Assembly: GCA_026023565.1 (NCBI GenBank)
Contig: JAPETS010000011.1
Span: 310,001 to 374,000, forward strand
Source of the DNA: Cirrosporium novae-zelandiae
Taxonomy: Eukaryota
DNA length: 64,000 bases
Reading direction: 5' to 3'
The notes below the pieces were generated by a model. The model was not told where the DNA came from, did no database searches, and saw nothing but the letters and a program-made list of their open reading frames with translations. Of the stretch, positions 54,859 through 64,000 are shown piece by piece. The translations under genes were made by a program, and so were the position numbers. Each line of letters opens with the position of its first letter. Position 1 is the first letter of the stretch.

Positions 54859-56289
54859 ATGGCACCTCTCAATGTTTTAATGGTAAGTTAGCTTCTCTAA
54901 TGACATGTTCGAGTGCTAAAAATGCTTCAATAGGTTGGTACTGGCGAGTACACGACCGGATATGTTGCAGGGAAAGCCTCTACATCAGACAAGAGCGTCG
55001 GTGTTGTTGCGCTTACAATGTTCGACCTTCGGCGACGAGGCAAGGTTGGAAATCTGAGCATGGTTGGTATCGCCGGAGATATCTATGCTGGAATTCGTAT
55101 GCACATCCTCCACAATTATTAACCTCTAATTAATCCATGTCCACTTGACAGGCGAGCACTTTAAGAAAAATATCTCCGAGGTCTACAACAACCTTGATGT
55201 CTCCTTCACGTCTTATCCTGAGGTGGGCGTCACAAACTACGAAGCCTACAAGACAGCCATTGATGCACTATCTCCCGGCGATGCTATTACAATCTTTACC
55301 CCCGACCCAACCCACTATCCCATTGCCCTCTATGCAGTCCAACACAAGATTCACGTCCTGGTAACCAAGCCCGCGACTCAGCTTCTGGAACACCACCTGA
55401 GCCTCCTTGAAGAAGCTAAGAAGAACGGCGTATTCGTATACGTCGAGCACCACAAACGATTTGACCCAACCTACGCCGATGCTCGTGCTAAAGCTAAGAA
55501 TCTTGGAGACTTCAACTACTTCTATAGTTATATGAGCCAACCGAAGAGCCAGCTCGACACATTCAAAGCATGGGCTGGAAAGGCCAGTGATATCTCATAC
55601 TACCTCAATTCACACCACGTCGATGTCAACGTAAGTATGGTACCGGACTACAAACCCATAAAAGTGACAGCATCCGGCTCGAAAGGAGTAGCTGTCGATC
55701 TTGGATGCGATCCCAAAACCGAGGACACCATTACATTACTCGTAACCTGGCAGAAAAAATCCGACCCAAAGAAGATCGCTACTGGTGTATACACTTCTAG
55801 CTGGACTGCTCCACAGAATGCTGGAGTGCATTCACAACAAAACTTCCACTGTAAGCATGCAATCCCCATCTTTTCCATTCATAATTCTACTATCCTTTTC
55901 TTGTTCCACATTGCCCTCGCCACTAACAACCACAAGACCTTGCTGCAAAGGGCGAAGTCCGCATCGACCAAGCCAAGCGCGGTTACACCATCGCCGACGA
56001 CAACAAGATGGCTTGGTCTAACCCATTCTACATGAAATACTCTCCCGACGAATCCGGCGACTTCAATGGCCAATCCGGATACGGATACGTTTCCTTTGAA
56101 AAGTTTGTTGATGCCGTAACAGCGGTAAATGCAAAGAAGGTGACCGTGGATGAGTTGGATAAGAGAGGGTTGCCCACACTGAAGAACACGATTGCGACGG
56201 GTGCAATCCTGAATGCTGGACGCATTAGTCTGGATGAGGGGAGAAGCGTGGAGATTATTGAAAAGGATGGCGTATGGTCGCTTAAATAA
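54859..56289 (+). CDS. gaaA: D-galacturonate reductase (Gfo/Idh/MocA family)
   Basis: Exons 54859-54882, 54934-55096, 55152-55850, 55937-56289. [19 protein letters not shown]...[54 protein letters not shown]. Confidence 0.92.
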
Positions 56290-57229
56290 ATGAAAATGAT
56301 CAAAAAGGGGAGAAGGGTTGGGTGAAAAGGTAACTATGTGTGTTGAATATCGTATGAAGTTTTTTATTTGTTATTATGTGATTAGGGCTACATGAAACCT
56401 TCTTCGTCCATATTGAATGAGAAAATATGACAATTTCCATTTCCACTTTCATCTCCATTTCCCAATTACCGCATTTCATAGTCTATGCTTACCCCCCAAT
56501 ACTCTTGCTCAAGTTCAAATTGTGCTTTTTCCGGCATTCTTTATTAGACTTGAACCGTAGGTGGTGGTGCTAGAGAATCTCCTTACACTATCGAAAAGGA
56601 GAATGTGACGCAAGGTAGTAGATTAGATATTAGAGAAATCTAGAGCTCATATGTAGGAGAAACTGCATCATATATCCCAACCCTCTGCATTTGTTGTTGT
56701 TCTACCTTAGAGCCTTTTGCGAATAGGATATTGGGGAGACGTCTAAACAAAATTAATACCGGCTTGGATAGGATCGATTGTCTGTTGCTGGCCGGTTCCC
56801 TATCCTCGTCAAACAACATCATGATCATGATATAAAAGTAAATACTATTTATACACGCATAAGAATGTTATGATATCATACATCTAGGGACCTCGTTGCC
56901 GTGTAAAATAAGCTGAAAAAGCAACTCCAAACTTCAAGTTTACCATGAATGCTAAGACTTCTTTATTTGGTTGAAATTCTAATTCATGAAGCTTAAGGAC
57001 CTCAGCAGTAACTAGAGCATTGAAACTTTCAGCGACAAAAAGGCTCAGAGGGGAGCTTGTAAGAGATGTGGTGAAACCACTTACTGGGTGCCAAGACATA
57101 GAGCACCTTGCTGGGCATTCATGCACTTTTGTGACTCTTTTTCTAACCTACGTCTTCAATTATGTGCCCAGGTATATTGCTCTATAACCCCTCCAACAAT
57201 TCATATGATATTCTCGAATCCATTTGGTC

Positions 57230-58291
57230 ATGACTTCCTCTATCCCCACTTCCAATCACCCTCCCAAACAGACCAAAAATATCTCCTCACTAGCTACCTC
57301 TTTCTCTTCTCCTTCCCCACCACTCCAAGCCAAGCCACCACCGAAAACATCCCTCCATACTCTAGTGCGCGTACGCAATAATCAACGCCGTCATCGTGCT
57401 CGGAGGAGAGAGTATATATCTTCCCTTGAGGAACAACTACATGACACCGAGAAGCGACTTGAGGAGGCAAGAGAGGAGATTAAGAGCTTAAAATTATTGC
57501 TTGTAAATTCGAACGAGAAGAGAATTGGTCCGGACGAGGTTCCAAGTATAACAAGCGACTTAGTAGGAAATGATAGCGGAGTGATATCAAGTGAGTTGGA
57601 GAATGGATATAATGCTTCAGAAATAACGACGGACCTGAGTATACCGGGGCCTGAGGACACTAGTATTGCTGCTGTTGGCACTGAATATAATTTCAACGAG
57701 ATAGAACCCAGGGTTGAAGCTATAGATAATATGGTTGAGGGCTGGACAAACAATCCAATCCTAGATGATCTCGGTTCACCCTTTACCTCGATATCAGGTT
57801 CCACGTCAATGACATCCATTTCGACAATGAATCCAATTTTTCCTCTCATGTCCTCTCCTTTTTCCATATCTGAAATGACAACCTTCGTCCCCGTATTGGC
57901 CATGAATCTTGAGGAAAATTCTTCAGAGTCTTTCCTCACTCCATCTTGCTGTTCTTCGGCCGACTCTTGTCGCCTCCCAACCCCCATCCCAACAGAACCA
58001 ACAACTCTGTGCAGCATAGCTTTTACCCACATCCAAGCCCGTAACATTCGGGGCGTCGATCCTGTAACCATTAAGATGTGGCTTTCAGAAGGGTTTCGAA
58101 AAGGGAGATGGGAAGGGGAGGGCTGCAGGGTCGAGAACAGTGTCTTATACGCGTTATTAGACTTTATTTGGAAGCCGTCGTTAGAGCAAATATTGGATTC
58201 TAGAAGGGAACGGGGTTCGGGGTATCAATCCGAACTCGGTCAGCCCTATCAGCTGGATGGACACAATATATTTCCATGTACACAGTGGTGA
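57230..58291 (+). CDS. bZIP-like transcription factor
   Basis: Basic region RVRNNQRRHRARRREYISSLEEQL followed by heptad repeats. C-terminal TTLCSIAF...GFRKG...GCRVENSVLYALLD resembles a fungal bZIP subfamily. Confidence 0.78.
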   Translation: MTSSIPTSNHPPKQTKNISSLATSFSSPSPPLQAKPPPKTSLHTLVRVRNNQRRHRARRREYISSLEEQLHDTEKRLEEAREEIKSLKLLLVNSNEKRIGPDEVPSITSDLVGNDSGVISSELENGYNASEITTDLSIPGPEDTSIAAVGTEYNFNEIEPRVEAIDNMVEGWTNNPILDDLGSPFTSISGSTSMTSISTMNPIFPLMSSPFSISEMTTFVPVLAMNLEENSSESFLTPSCCSSADSCRLPTPIPTEPTTLCSIAFTHIQARNIRGVDPVTIKMWLSEGFRKGRWEGEGCRVENSVLYALLDFIWKPSLEQILDSRRERGSGYQSELGQPYQLDGHNIFPCTQW

Positions 58292-59441
58292 TATCAAATT
58301 GTTCAACAGCTACAAAGCCTACGATAATGTCATTCTTTCCCGAAAACAACAATCGTCTAGCTACCGGATTGAAAAAAAACTCTTGATTACCAAGCTTCCA
58401 CTGTTCTGGCGGTCAAACACTATCCAGAGTGACATGGAAGCCGAATTCCTCTAATCCGTGGCGAATAAAGAGATCCCCCTATTTCAAGCAAGTAGCCTAG
58501 ACCAATCCACCTAAAGACGAAATACCAGCCACTCAAAGGGGGCAAAAAAAAACTTCAATCACAGTAGGACGGGACTCATTCATTCATCCATACGAAATCC
58601 CTCAATCCTTCAATCCACCCCAGCTTCTTTCACCAGGTCCCATGTCATCCTCATCTCCTGCATGAACCAAATCTGACACTTAACCAAATTTAACACTTAG
58701 CCTCATTTATAGTTCTAAAGATGAATCAATGACTAACTAACCAACTAACTCTTCCATTATTTCATTGCGTAAGCAGGATATATACTCGAATATAATAGGT
58801 ATGTATCATTCAGAATAGTCTATGCCTATACGAGTAAGTTTTCCTCTTCTTTTTTTTTGGAGATAGGATAAGTGATGCTATCGTCATGTTATACTATTCA
58901 TGAAATTCATGTTCTTCTTCACTATAGCGGCTGTATTACGGTACATTTGCTAGATGAAATGCCTTTTGCTGGAGTGAACGGGATATTCCATACATTCCAT
59001 AAGGACAAGAGCAAGAGCAAGAGCCAAGATAAACCAGTTATGACCAAACACACACACACATAAGTGGTGTAAATGACTAACTAAGTAAGAAAATAAATTC
59101 TAGGAGATGAAAAGGGGAAAGGGAAAGGGAAAGGTTGAGCTTTGAGATTGTTTAGGTTGAAAGGGATGGATTGGATTGGTATTGATGGAATACTGTGTGG
59201 GAATGAAAGTGATGAGGGCTCGAGGATTAGATGAGCTGGACAAGACGCGTCATGCCATGTCATTCACTATGTATAATAATTGATATTAGAACCCGGAGGT
59301 CCCTACATTGGGAATGTAACATCAAAATTACGAGGATCATAGCTAACAAGTTCTTTGGAACTCTGGGGGTATGGAGTCTCAGCCAGAATTGCGAGTTGAA
59401 TGACATTGACAAGTTAATAAGATCTAAACACTACAAGATCC

Positions 59442-60719
59442 TTACCAGATCTTTGAGCCGGTATCAAACATAGCCATGTCTTCCTTTGCTTGGTCCATGC
59501 GAGCGCAGACCGTCATCGCGATCATCACTTCCAGGGTGTAGTAGGCATCGTTTCCGGCGTTATGAAGGTTCCAGGCTGGAAAATCAAATACCTGCATGAT
59601 TCCGGCGAGGGACATGATTTGTCCGTAGATTTTTTTCCAGGCATTATACAGAGTTACTGTATCTAGGATCTGTACGATATGATTTGAATGGTTGGTGATA
59701 TCGAAGCCGATGGCTCTGAGCATGTTAAAGTCACCGTGAATGCCATGTCCGACCATAACCACATTTCTTCCCTGTGAGAAAAGACTGGATAGCAATTTGG
59801 GGATATTCCGGATCGAAATGAATTCAGACTCGCCAAACTCAAAGCCATTCGGGTTGCCCCCGACAAACTCATGGTTAACAATGTGCTTATACTCATCAGT
59901 CCTAACGTGGTGAGCCTCGATTAACTCTATCCAATTCTTTCCATTTTCTCCAGGAGGCGTTGCATGCAACAAGTTGGTGTCCAGCATGGAGAGCCCAACT
60001 TCCGTGACTTGTTTGTGGTTGCGCTCATTGGCTTCAATATCAAGCGAGATGATCAGCACCGAATTTTCAAAGGGGAAAGCCGCTACCTTTTCCAGGTCGA
60101 TGGGAGCACGAAGGGCTTTTGCTTCTTCTTTTTTTGCGGTCGCCATGGCTTGGTAGTCTTCCCAGGAGGTCCATTCATCGCCTTCGATCTGTTCATCCCC
60201 TGCTGGGAGATATTTAGGCCTTAGCCCTAGGAAGCGTTGAGCCCGTTTCATTTGACGCTGCCAGCTCTTTTCTTTCTCTATTCTGACTTGGAGTGCTTTC
60301 TTCTTTTTCCTTTCCTTCCTCGCTTCCTTATCAACATGCTTGTTGCCTTCGACTTTGTTGCTAAACCCAAGTACATCGCTATCGCTGTTCCGTGATTCCG
60401 AGATGCCATGATCGTCAGAGGCGCCAGCGGTTTGAGAAGATGGAAGGAAGATGAACTCTTCCTCCTCTAAATTGGCATATTCAGTCGGTTGGTTCACAGT
60501 ACTTTCATCCTCTCGGGAAGTATCCTCGGTAACAGTAGGCTCATTTAAATTGACCAAGTTTATGTTGGCAGAATCTTCTCCCAATCTTTCTAGAGGGTTA
60601 CAGTCATTGCTACGTGTCACTGATGAGCCCTCCAGCTCAAAGGGGCTAGCAGATAAAGGTTCGGGAAGTGGCTCATCTCCAGAAAGAAACCTGAGCCGTT
60701 CTCGTGCCTCGTTCGCCAT
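59442..60719 (-). CDS. QIP-like (QDE-2-interacting; Gfd2/YDR514C family) DEDDh exonuclease
   Basis: ISLDIEANE...VTEVGLSMLDT, FEFGESEF, VMVGHGIHGDF, ILDT, LHNAGNDAYYTL, preceded by KRAQRFLGLR. Probable 5'-UTR intron near 60729-60783. Confidence 0.85.
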   Translation of the reverse strand: MANEARERLRFLSGDEPLPEPLSASPFELEGSSVTRSNDCNPLERLGEDSANINLVNLNEPTVTEDTSREDESTVNQPTEYANLEEEEFIFLPSSQTAGASDDHGISESRNSDSDVLGFSNKVEGNKHVDKEARKERKKKKALQVRIEKEKSWQRQMKRAQRFLGLRPKYLPAGDEQIEGDEWTSWEDYQAMATAKKEEAKALRAPIDLEKVAAFPFENSVLIISLDIEANERNHKQVTEVGLSMLDTNLLHATPPGENGKNWIELIEAHHVRTDEYKHIVNHEFVGGNPNGFEFGESEFISIRNIPKLLSSLFSQGRNVVMVGHGIHGDFNMLRAIGFDITNHSNHIVQILDTVTLYNAWKKIYGQIMSLAGIMQVFDFPAWNLHNAGNDAYYTLEVMIAMTVCARMDQAKEDMAMFDTGSKIW

Positions 60720-60912
60720 TGTAGTGTCCTGGCAACAACGTATTAGATGAAAGGGCTAAACCTGTAATACGAGAATTACAAACCTTGAAGGTAGAAACCT
60801 AATGATAGTAGACCTGGGCAAAGAGATAATGTTTCGAATAGAATGTTGTCTTCTTGATTGACAGTGTTGCACAGACGACTGTTTGTTTTTGTTCTCGCTT
60901 GGTGGATGGGTT

Positions 60913-60957
60913 GTGAATGCTCAAGTGAATGCCCAAGTGAATGCTCAAGTGAATACT
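60913..60957. repeat. 12-bp tandem repeat (GTGAATGCTCAA) x about 3.7 upstream of the QIP-like gene
   Basis: gtgaatgctcaa gtgaatgcccaa gtgaatgctcaa gtgaatact. Confidence 0.85.
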
Positions 60958-61708
60958 AGAGACTTGGTTTCAAGGGAAGGCTCTCAGCCCAAAAGATAAT
61001 CCTAACTGTCAATAGTAGAACCTTGTTAAACAATTGAGTGATAAAATTTGAATAGCAAGTATAATACTAGGTCCAGATTTCAAGGCTCTAGTACTGTGTT
61101 TTTATAGAGAACTAGGGGCTTAGAGGATGGCCGATGAGACAAATGGACATAACAGAAAGAGCATTTGGGCACTTATGCTTTGTTGCAGTGAATATCAAGC
61201 CGGTTAGCATGTAGAAATTTGGCGAATATCGGTCTAAGAAGGTACCGTGCTTGTTTCAGAACATAAACATTCACACCGAGCAGATTAGTTGTATCATTAT
61301 TTGAAGAGATGAAGCAGAAATAACAGGATATGTATATCCATCAGGTCCTCTAAACCACTGTAAGACACAGAAAACAAATTCAGTCTCTCTTTATCTCTTT
61401 GTCGGTGATAGAAGGGGTGATAGAAGGAGTGATGTTATTTACATCATTCAGAAAGTAAGCCAGAAGGGAGACTTAAGTATATCGATTATCATATGGATAT
61501 CTTGGTCAAGGAAGGTTGGAGGCTTTGACCTTTTGACAGGTTGACAGGAGATTACGTCATCATGGGCTCGGATTTATGTTGTGCCGACACATCGACAGAT
61601 AGCTGAAGCTCCTCAGCAACCACGCGATTCAAGCTTACAGTCGACTCTCAAAGTGCTCAACCCACAATTCATCCCCGCTTTGAAGACGGCTTCGAGGAGA
61701 TCTCCAAA

Positions 61709-64000
61709 ATGGCCAACGTCGACTATGACGTTCAGATGGAGGACCTCGATGAGTCGGAACATAGCGAGCGAGATGATCAACTTGAGCTCCCTATCGACCC
61801 TCCACCCGACCCAGATACGCAAGCAACGGTTACTGATTTCCTTGACTATACAGAGTATCTATCAGCAGATGTTGTTCGAAGCCTTACTCTACTACGCAAG
61901 CTAGATGAAAATTGCCTTGACTCAAACCAAAAGGTGCATCAACTCACCAAAGAGTACGGCCAGTTGGACAAAATTGTTGCCGAACCACGAGACCCGCGAA
62001 TGCTTCGAGGTGGAATCTCCCATCAGGTAGATCGTGCTCTCAATATGCGCGAGTCTACCTATGGAGAATCGTCACGTCTCTACGATGTTGTTGATCGACA
62101 TTACAATCGTCTTACGAGTATCCTTGGGAAGCTGAAAGCGCTTCCTCGGCCCCCTTCTCGCGACCCTACTCCAATACCTCAAACTACGTCCCCAGAAATT
62201 AAGCGCTCGAGAAGTGGTCGAAAGCTTGAGAAGGCTGGAAGCCCGACACCCAGGATAACACTTCGTCTTGATAGTGCAAAAGCCGCTCTTGCTAGGGAAC
62301 AGCATAAACACCAACATAGGAGTCGCAAAGTCATGGTACCTGGAGAGGTTTTGCCGCCCCCGAATTTTGGTTCGCGTTCTCCAAGTCCAGCGACAGATTG
62401 GGAATCAGAACCCGAGACTTCAAAATTACCAACCACCAATGGAACAATCTCACGCAAGCGCGACGCTCCAAAGGAACCCACCGGCGATAAACCACCGAAA
62501 ATCCCCAAGCTTAAACTTCATAAAGGACCTCGACCACCACGTGCACCTGGTATGGGAACAAACGTACATAGTGCTGTAGCAGGCATATCTACGAGCAATG
62601 CTATAGCCCTACTCAAAGAACCGCCCCCGGACGCGAAAATCGGAAGCGAACATGCCCCTTGGATGCGACTGACGGAATGGGAAATGGCGACTTTGCGCAA
62701 ACGTATGAAAAAGAATGCCGTCTGGCAACCAAGCGAGACTATGATTAGAAGAGAGCTCGCTGACCGTGGACGAGGACCAGAGAACTATCGTACCGCGAAA
62801 ACCAAAGCCGAAACTGCTGGAGAAGAATTCCTTGACTGTGACAAACTTCATCAAAAGGAACATGGTAAGGCACCCTTACGAAACGGAGAGATAAGCTCCA
62901 AATCTTTGGCAGCCCAGGATACCCCTACCCCGACATTGAGTAATCGTGGTATGCGATTGAATAAAGCCAAAAAATTAAAACGGGAGGCGGCTCAAAAAGC
63001 AGAAGAAGCAGCCAATGCTCTAGGAGTCCTATCGCATAGTTTCAAGGATCTTTTCAGTCCTCAGACCATGGCTGCAACAAGGCGTAACACAATGGAAACC
63101 CCAGTCAAAAAGAAAGAAAGGAAGAGAAAGAGGGACGAGACTTCAGAGAAACCAGAACATACAGTCCCCAGTGCAACCTACGAAACACCTACAAGCACAG
63201 AGACCAAGAAGCCTACCAAAAAACCAAAGGTATACAAACCAGCTCCACTTGCTGTTTCAGAAACAAATACAATTGAAAATCCAAACATGAAGTCTTCAGC
63301 GACTTCTACTCCGGTAACCATTACAACAATCACAACCACAACATCTGTTCCCCTTGCTCCTGAAGCCCCTGCAGCTCCTATAGCCCCTGCGGTCCTTGAA
63401 CTTCCAACAGCATCTAGACGGACGTCTATTCAAGCTTCCCCCGAAAAATCAACACCTCCCAAGGAAAATGCTGGGAAAGAGGTCCCTCCCACTCCTAAGG
63501 AGTCACTAGATAAAGAAAAACCTCACAAGGAAATCTCTCCTCGGAAGGAACATCAGAAAGAGCCTCAAAAAGAGCCCCAAAAAGAGCCTCAAAAAGAAGA
63601 CCATAAAGAAGTTGAAGAGGAAGTCCAGGAAAAACTTCAGAATGAACTCCAAAAAGAACCCCAGGAAGTGTCTCGGAAAACATCTCGGGAATTATCCCAG
63701 GAAGAACCCCAAGAGGAATTTCAGGAGGAATCCCAGAAAGAATCTCAGGAAACTAGAGAAGTGGCTCATACGGAAGCGCCTCATACGGAAGCGCCTCATA
63801 CGGAAACACCCCACAAGGAAACGCCCCACAAGGAAGCATCTCACAAGGAAGCACACCAAAAAGAAGCACATCACAAAGAGACACATCACAAGGAAGCATC
63901 CCATAAGGTGGCGACCCATAAAGAGGCAGCCCATAATGGAACACCTCAAAAAGAACACCCTCAGAGAAAGTCAGGCCATAAACAGCCAGCTCATAAGGAA
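61709..64000 (+). CDS. ING-family-like chromatin protein (PHD finger expected beyond the window), 3'-truncated by window edge
   Basis: Missing from the ORF track because there is no stop before 64000. MANVDYDV...PDPDTQATVTDFLDYTEYLSADVVRSLTLLRKLDE (ING N-terminal coiled coil) and PWMRLTEWEMATLRKRMKKNAVWQPSETMIRREL. Confidence 0.8.
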   Translation, partial: MANVDYDVQMEDLDESEHSERDDQLELPIDPPPDPDTQATVTDFLDYTEYLSADVVRSLTLLRKLDENCLDSNQKVHQLTKEYGQLDKIVAEPRDPRMLRGGISHQVDRALNMRESTYGESSRLYDVVDRHYNRLTSILGKLKALPRPPSRDPTPIPQTTSPEIKRSRSGRKLEKAGSPTPRITLRLDSAKAALAREQHKHQHRSRKVMVPGEVLPPPNFGSRSPSPATDWESEPETSKLPTTNGTISRKRDAPKEPTGDKPPKIPKLKLHKGPRPPRAPGMGTNVHSAVAGISTSNAIALLKEPPPDAKIGSEHAPWMRLTEWEMATLRKRMKKNAVWQPSETMIRRELADRGRGPENYRTAKTKAETAGEEFLDCDKLHQKEHGKAPLRNGEISSKSLAAQDTPTPTLSNRGMRLNKAKKLKREAAQKAEEAANALGVLSHSFKDLFSPQTMAATRRNTMETPVKKKERKRKRDETSEKPEHTVPSATYETPTSTETKKPTKKPKVYKPAPLAVSETNTIENPNMKSSATSTPVTITTITTTTSVPLAPEAPAAPIAPAVLELPTASRRTSIQASPEKSTPPKENAGKEVPPTPKESLDKEKPHKEISPRKEHQKEPQKEPQKEPQKEDHKEVEEEVQEKLQNELQKEPQEVSRKTSRELSQEEPQEEFQEESQKESQETREVAHTEAPHTEAPHTETPHKETPHKEASHKEAHQKEAHHKETHHKEASHKVATHKEAAHNGTPQKEHPQRKSGHKQPAHKE
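63520..64000 (+). repeat. Coding minisatellite: 12-bp (KEPQ-like) then 15-bp (HKEAx-like) units
   Basis: aaagagcctcaa-like units, then catacggaagcgcct / cacaaggaagcatct-like units, all in the ING-like reading frame. Confidence 0.85.

Noticed and set aside
57391..58071. 226-aa antisense ORF within the bZIP-like gene
   Set aside because: No recognisable motif. Mirror-frame antisense ORFs are common, and many others in the track are of the same kind.

Overview
Fungal nuclear DNA, almost certainly a filamentous ascomycete (Pezizomycotina): short GT-AG introns with CTAAC-type branch points, canonical fungal H3/H4, a Zn2Cys6 relic and a gaaA/gaaC pair. About 21 gene models were read manually, including introns. 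In order: ARO1, SYP1, a CAK-like kinase, an SH3 membrane protein, the divergent H4-H3 pair, a five-gene catabolic cluster, an Rpn4-like C2H2 factor, a DUF2985-like protein, SEN15, a membrane protein, an alcohol dehydrogenase, a second membrane protein, an F-box/WD40 protein, gaaC-gaaA with a GARE site, a bZIP-like factor, a QIP-like exonuclease and an ING-like protein running off the end. Most interesting items: (1) the cluster at 21.1-29.1 kb (2-hydroxyacid dehydrogenase, Asp/Glu-racemase-family gene, Dal5-type MFS, PTS1-bearing FAD amine oxidase, Zn2Cys6 regulator), decaying through apparent C-to-T nonsense mutations and deletions; (2) a 66-nt stop-free in-frame intron in the Rpn4-like gene encoding an acidic/aromatic activation-domain-like peptide; (3) a KIX-like N-terminal domain joined to the CAK-like kinase through a GC-AG intron; (4) a mirrored GATCnnnCGCG motif in the histone promoter. 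All calls come from motif recognition by eye; no searches were run.
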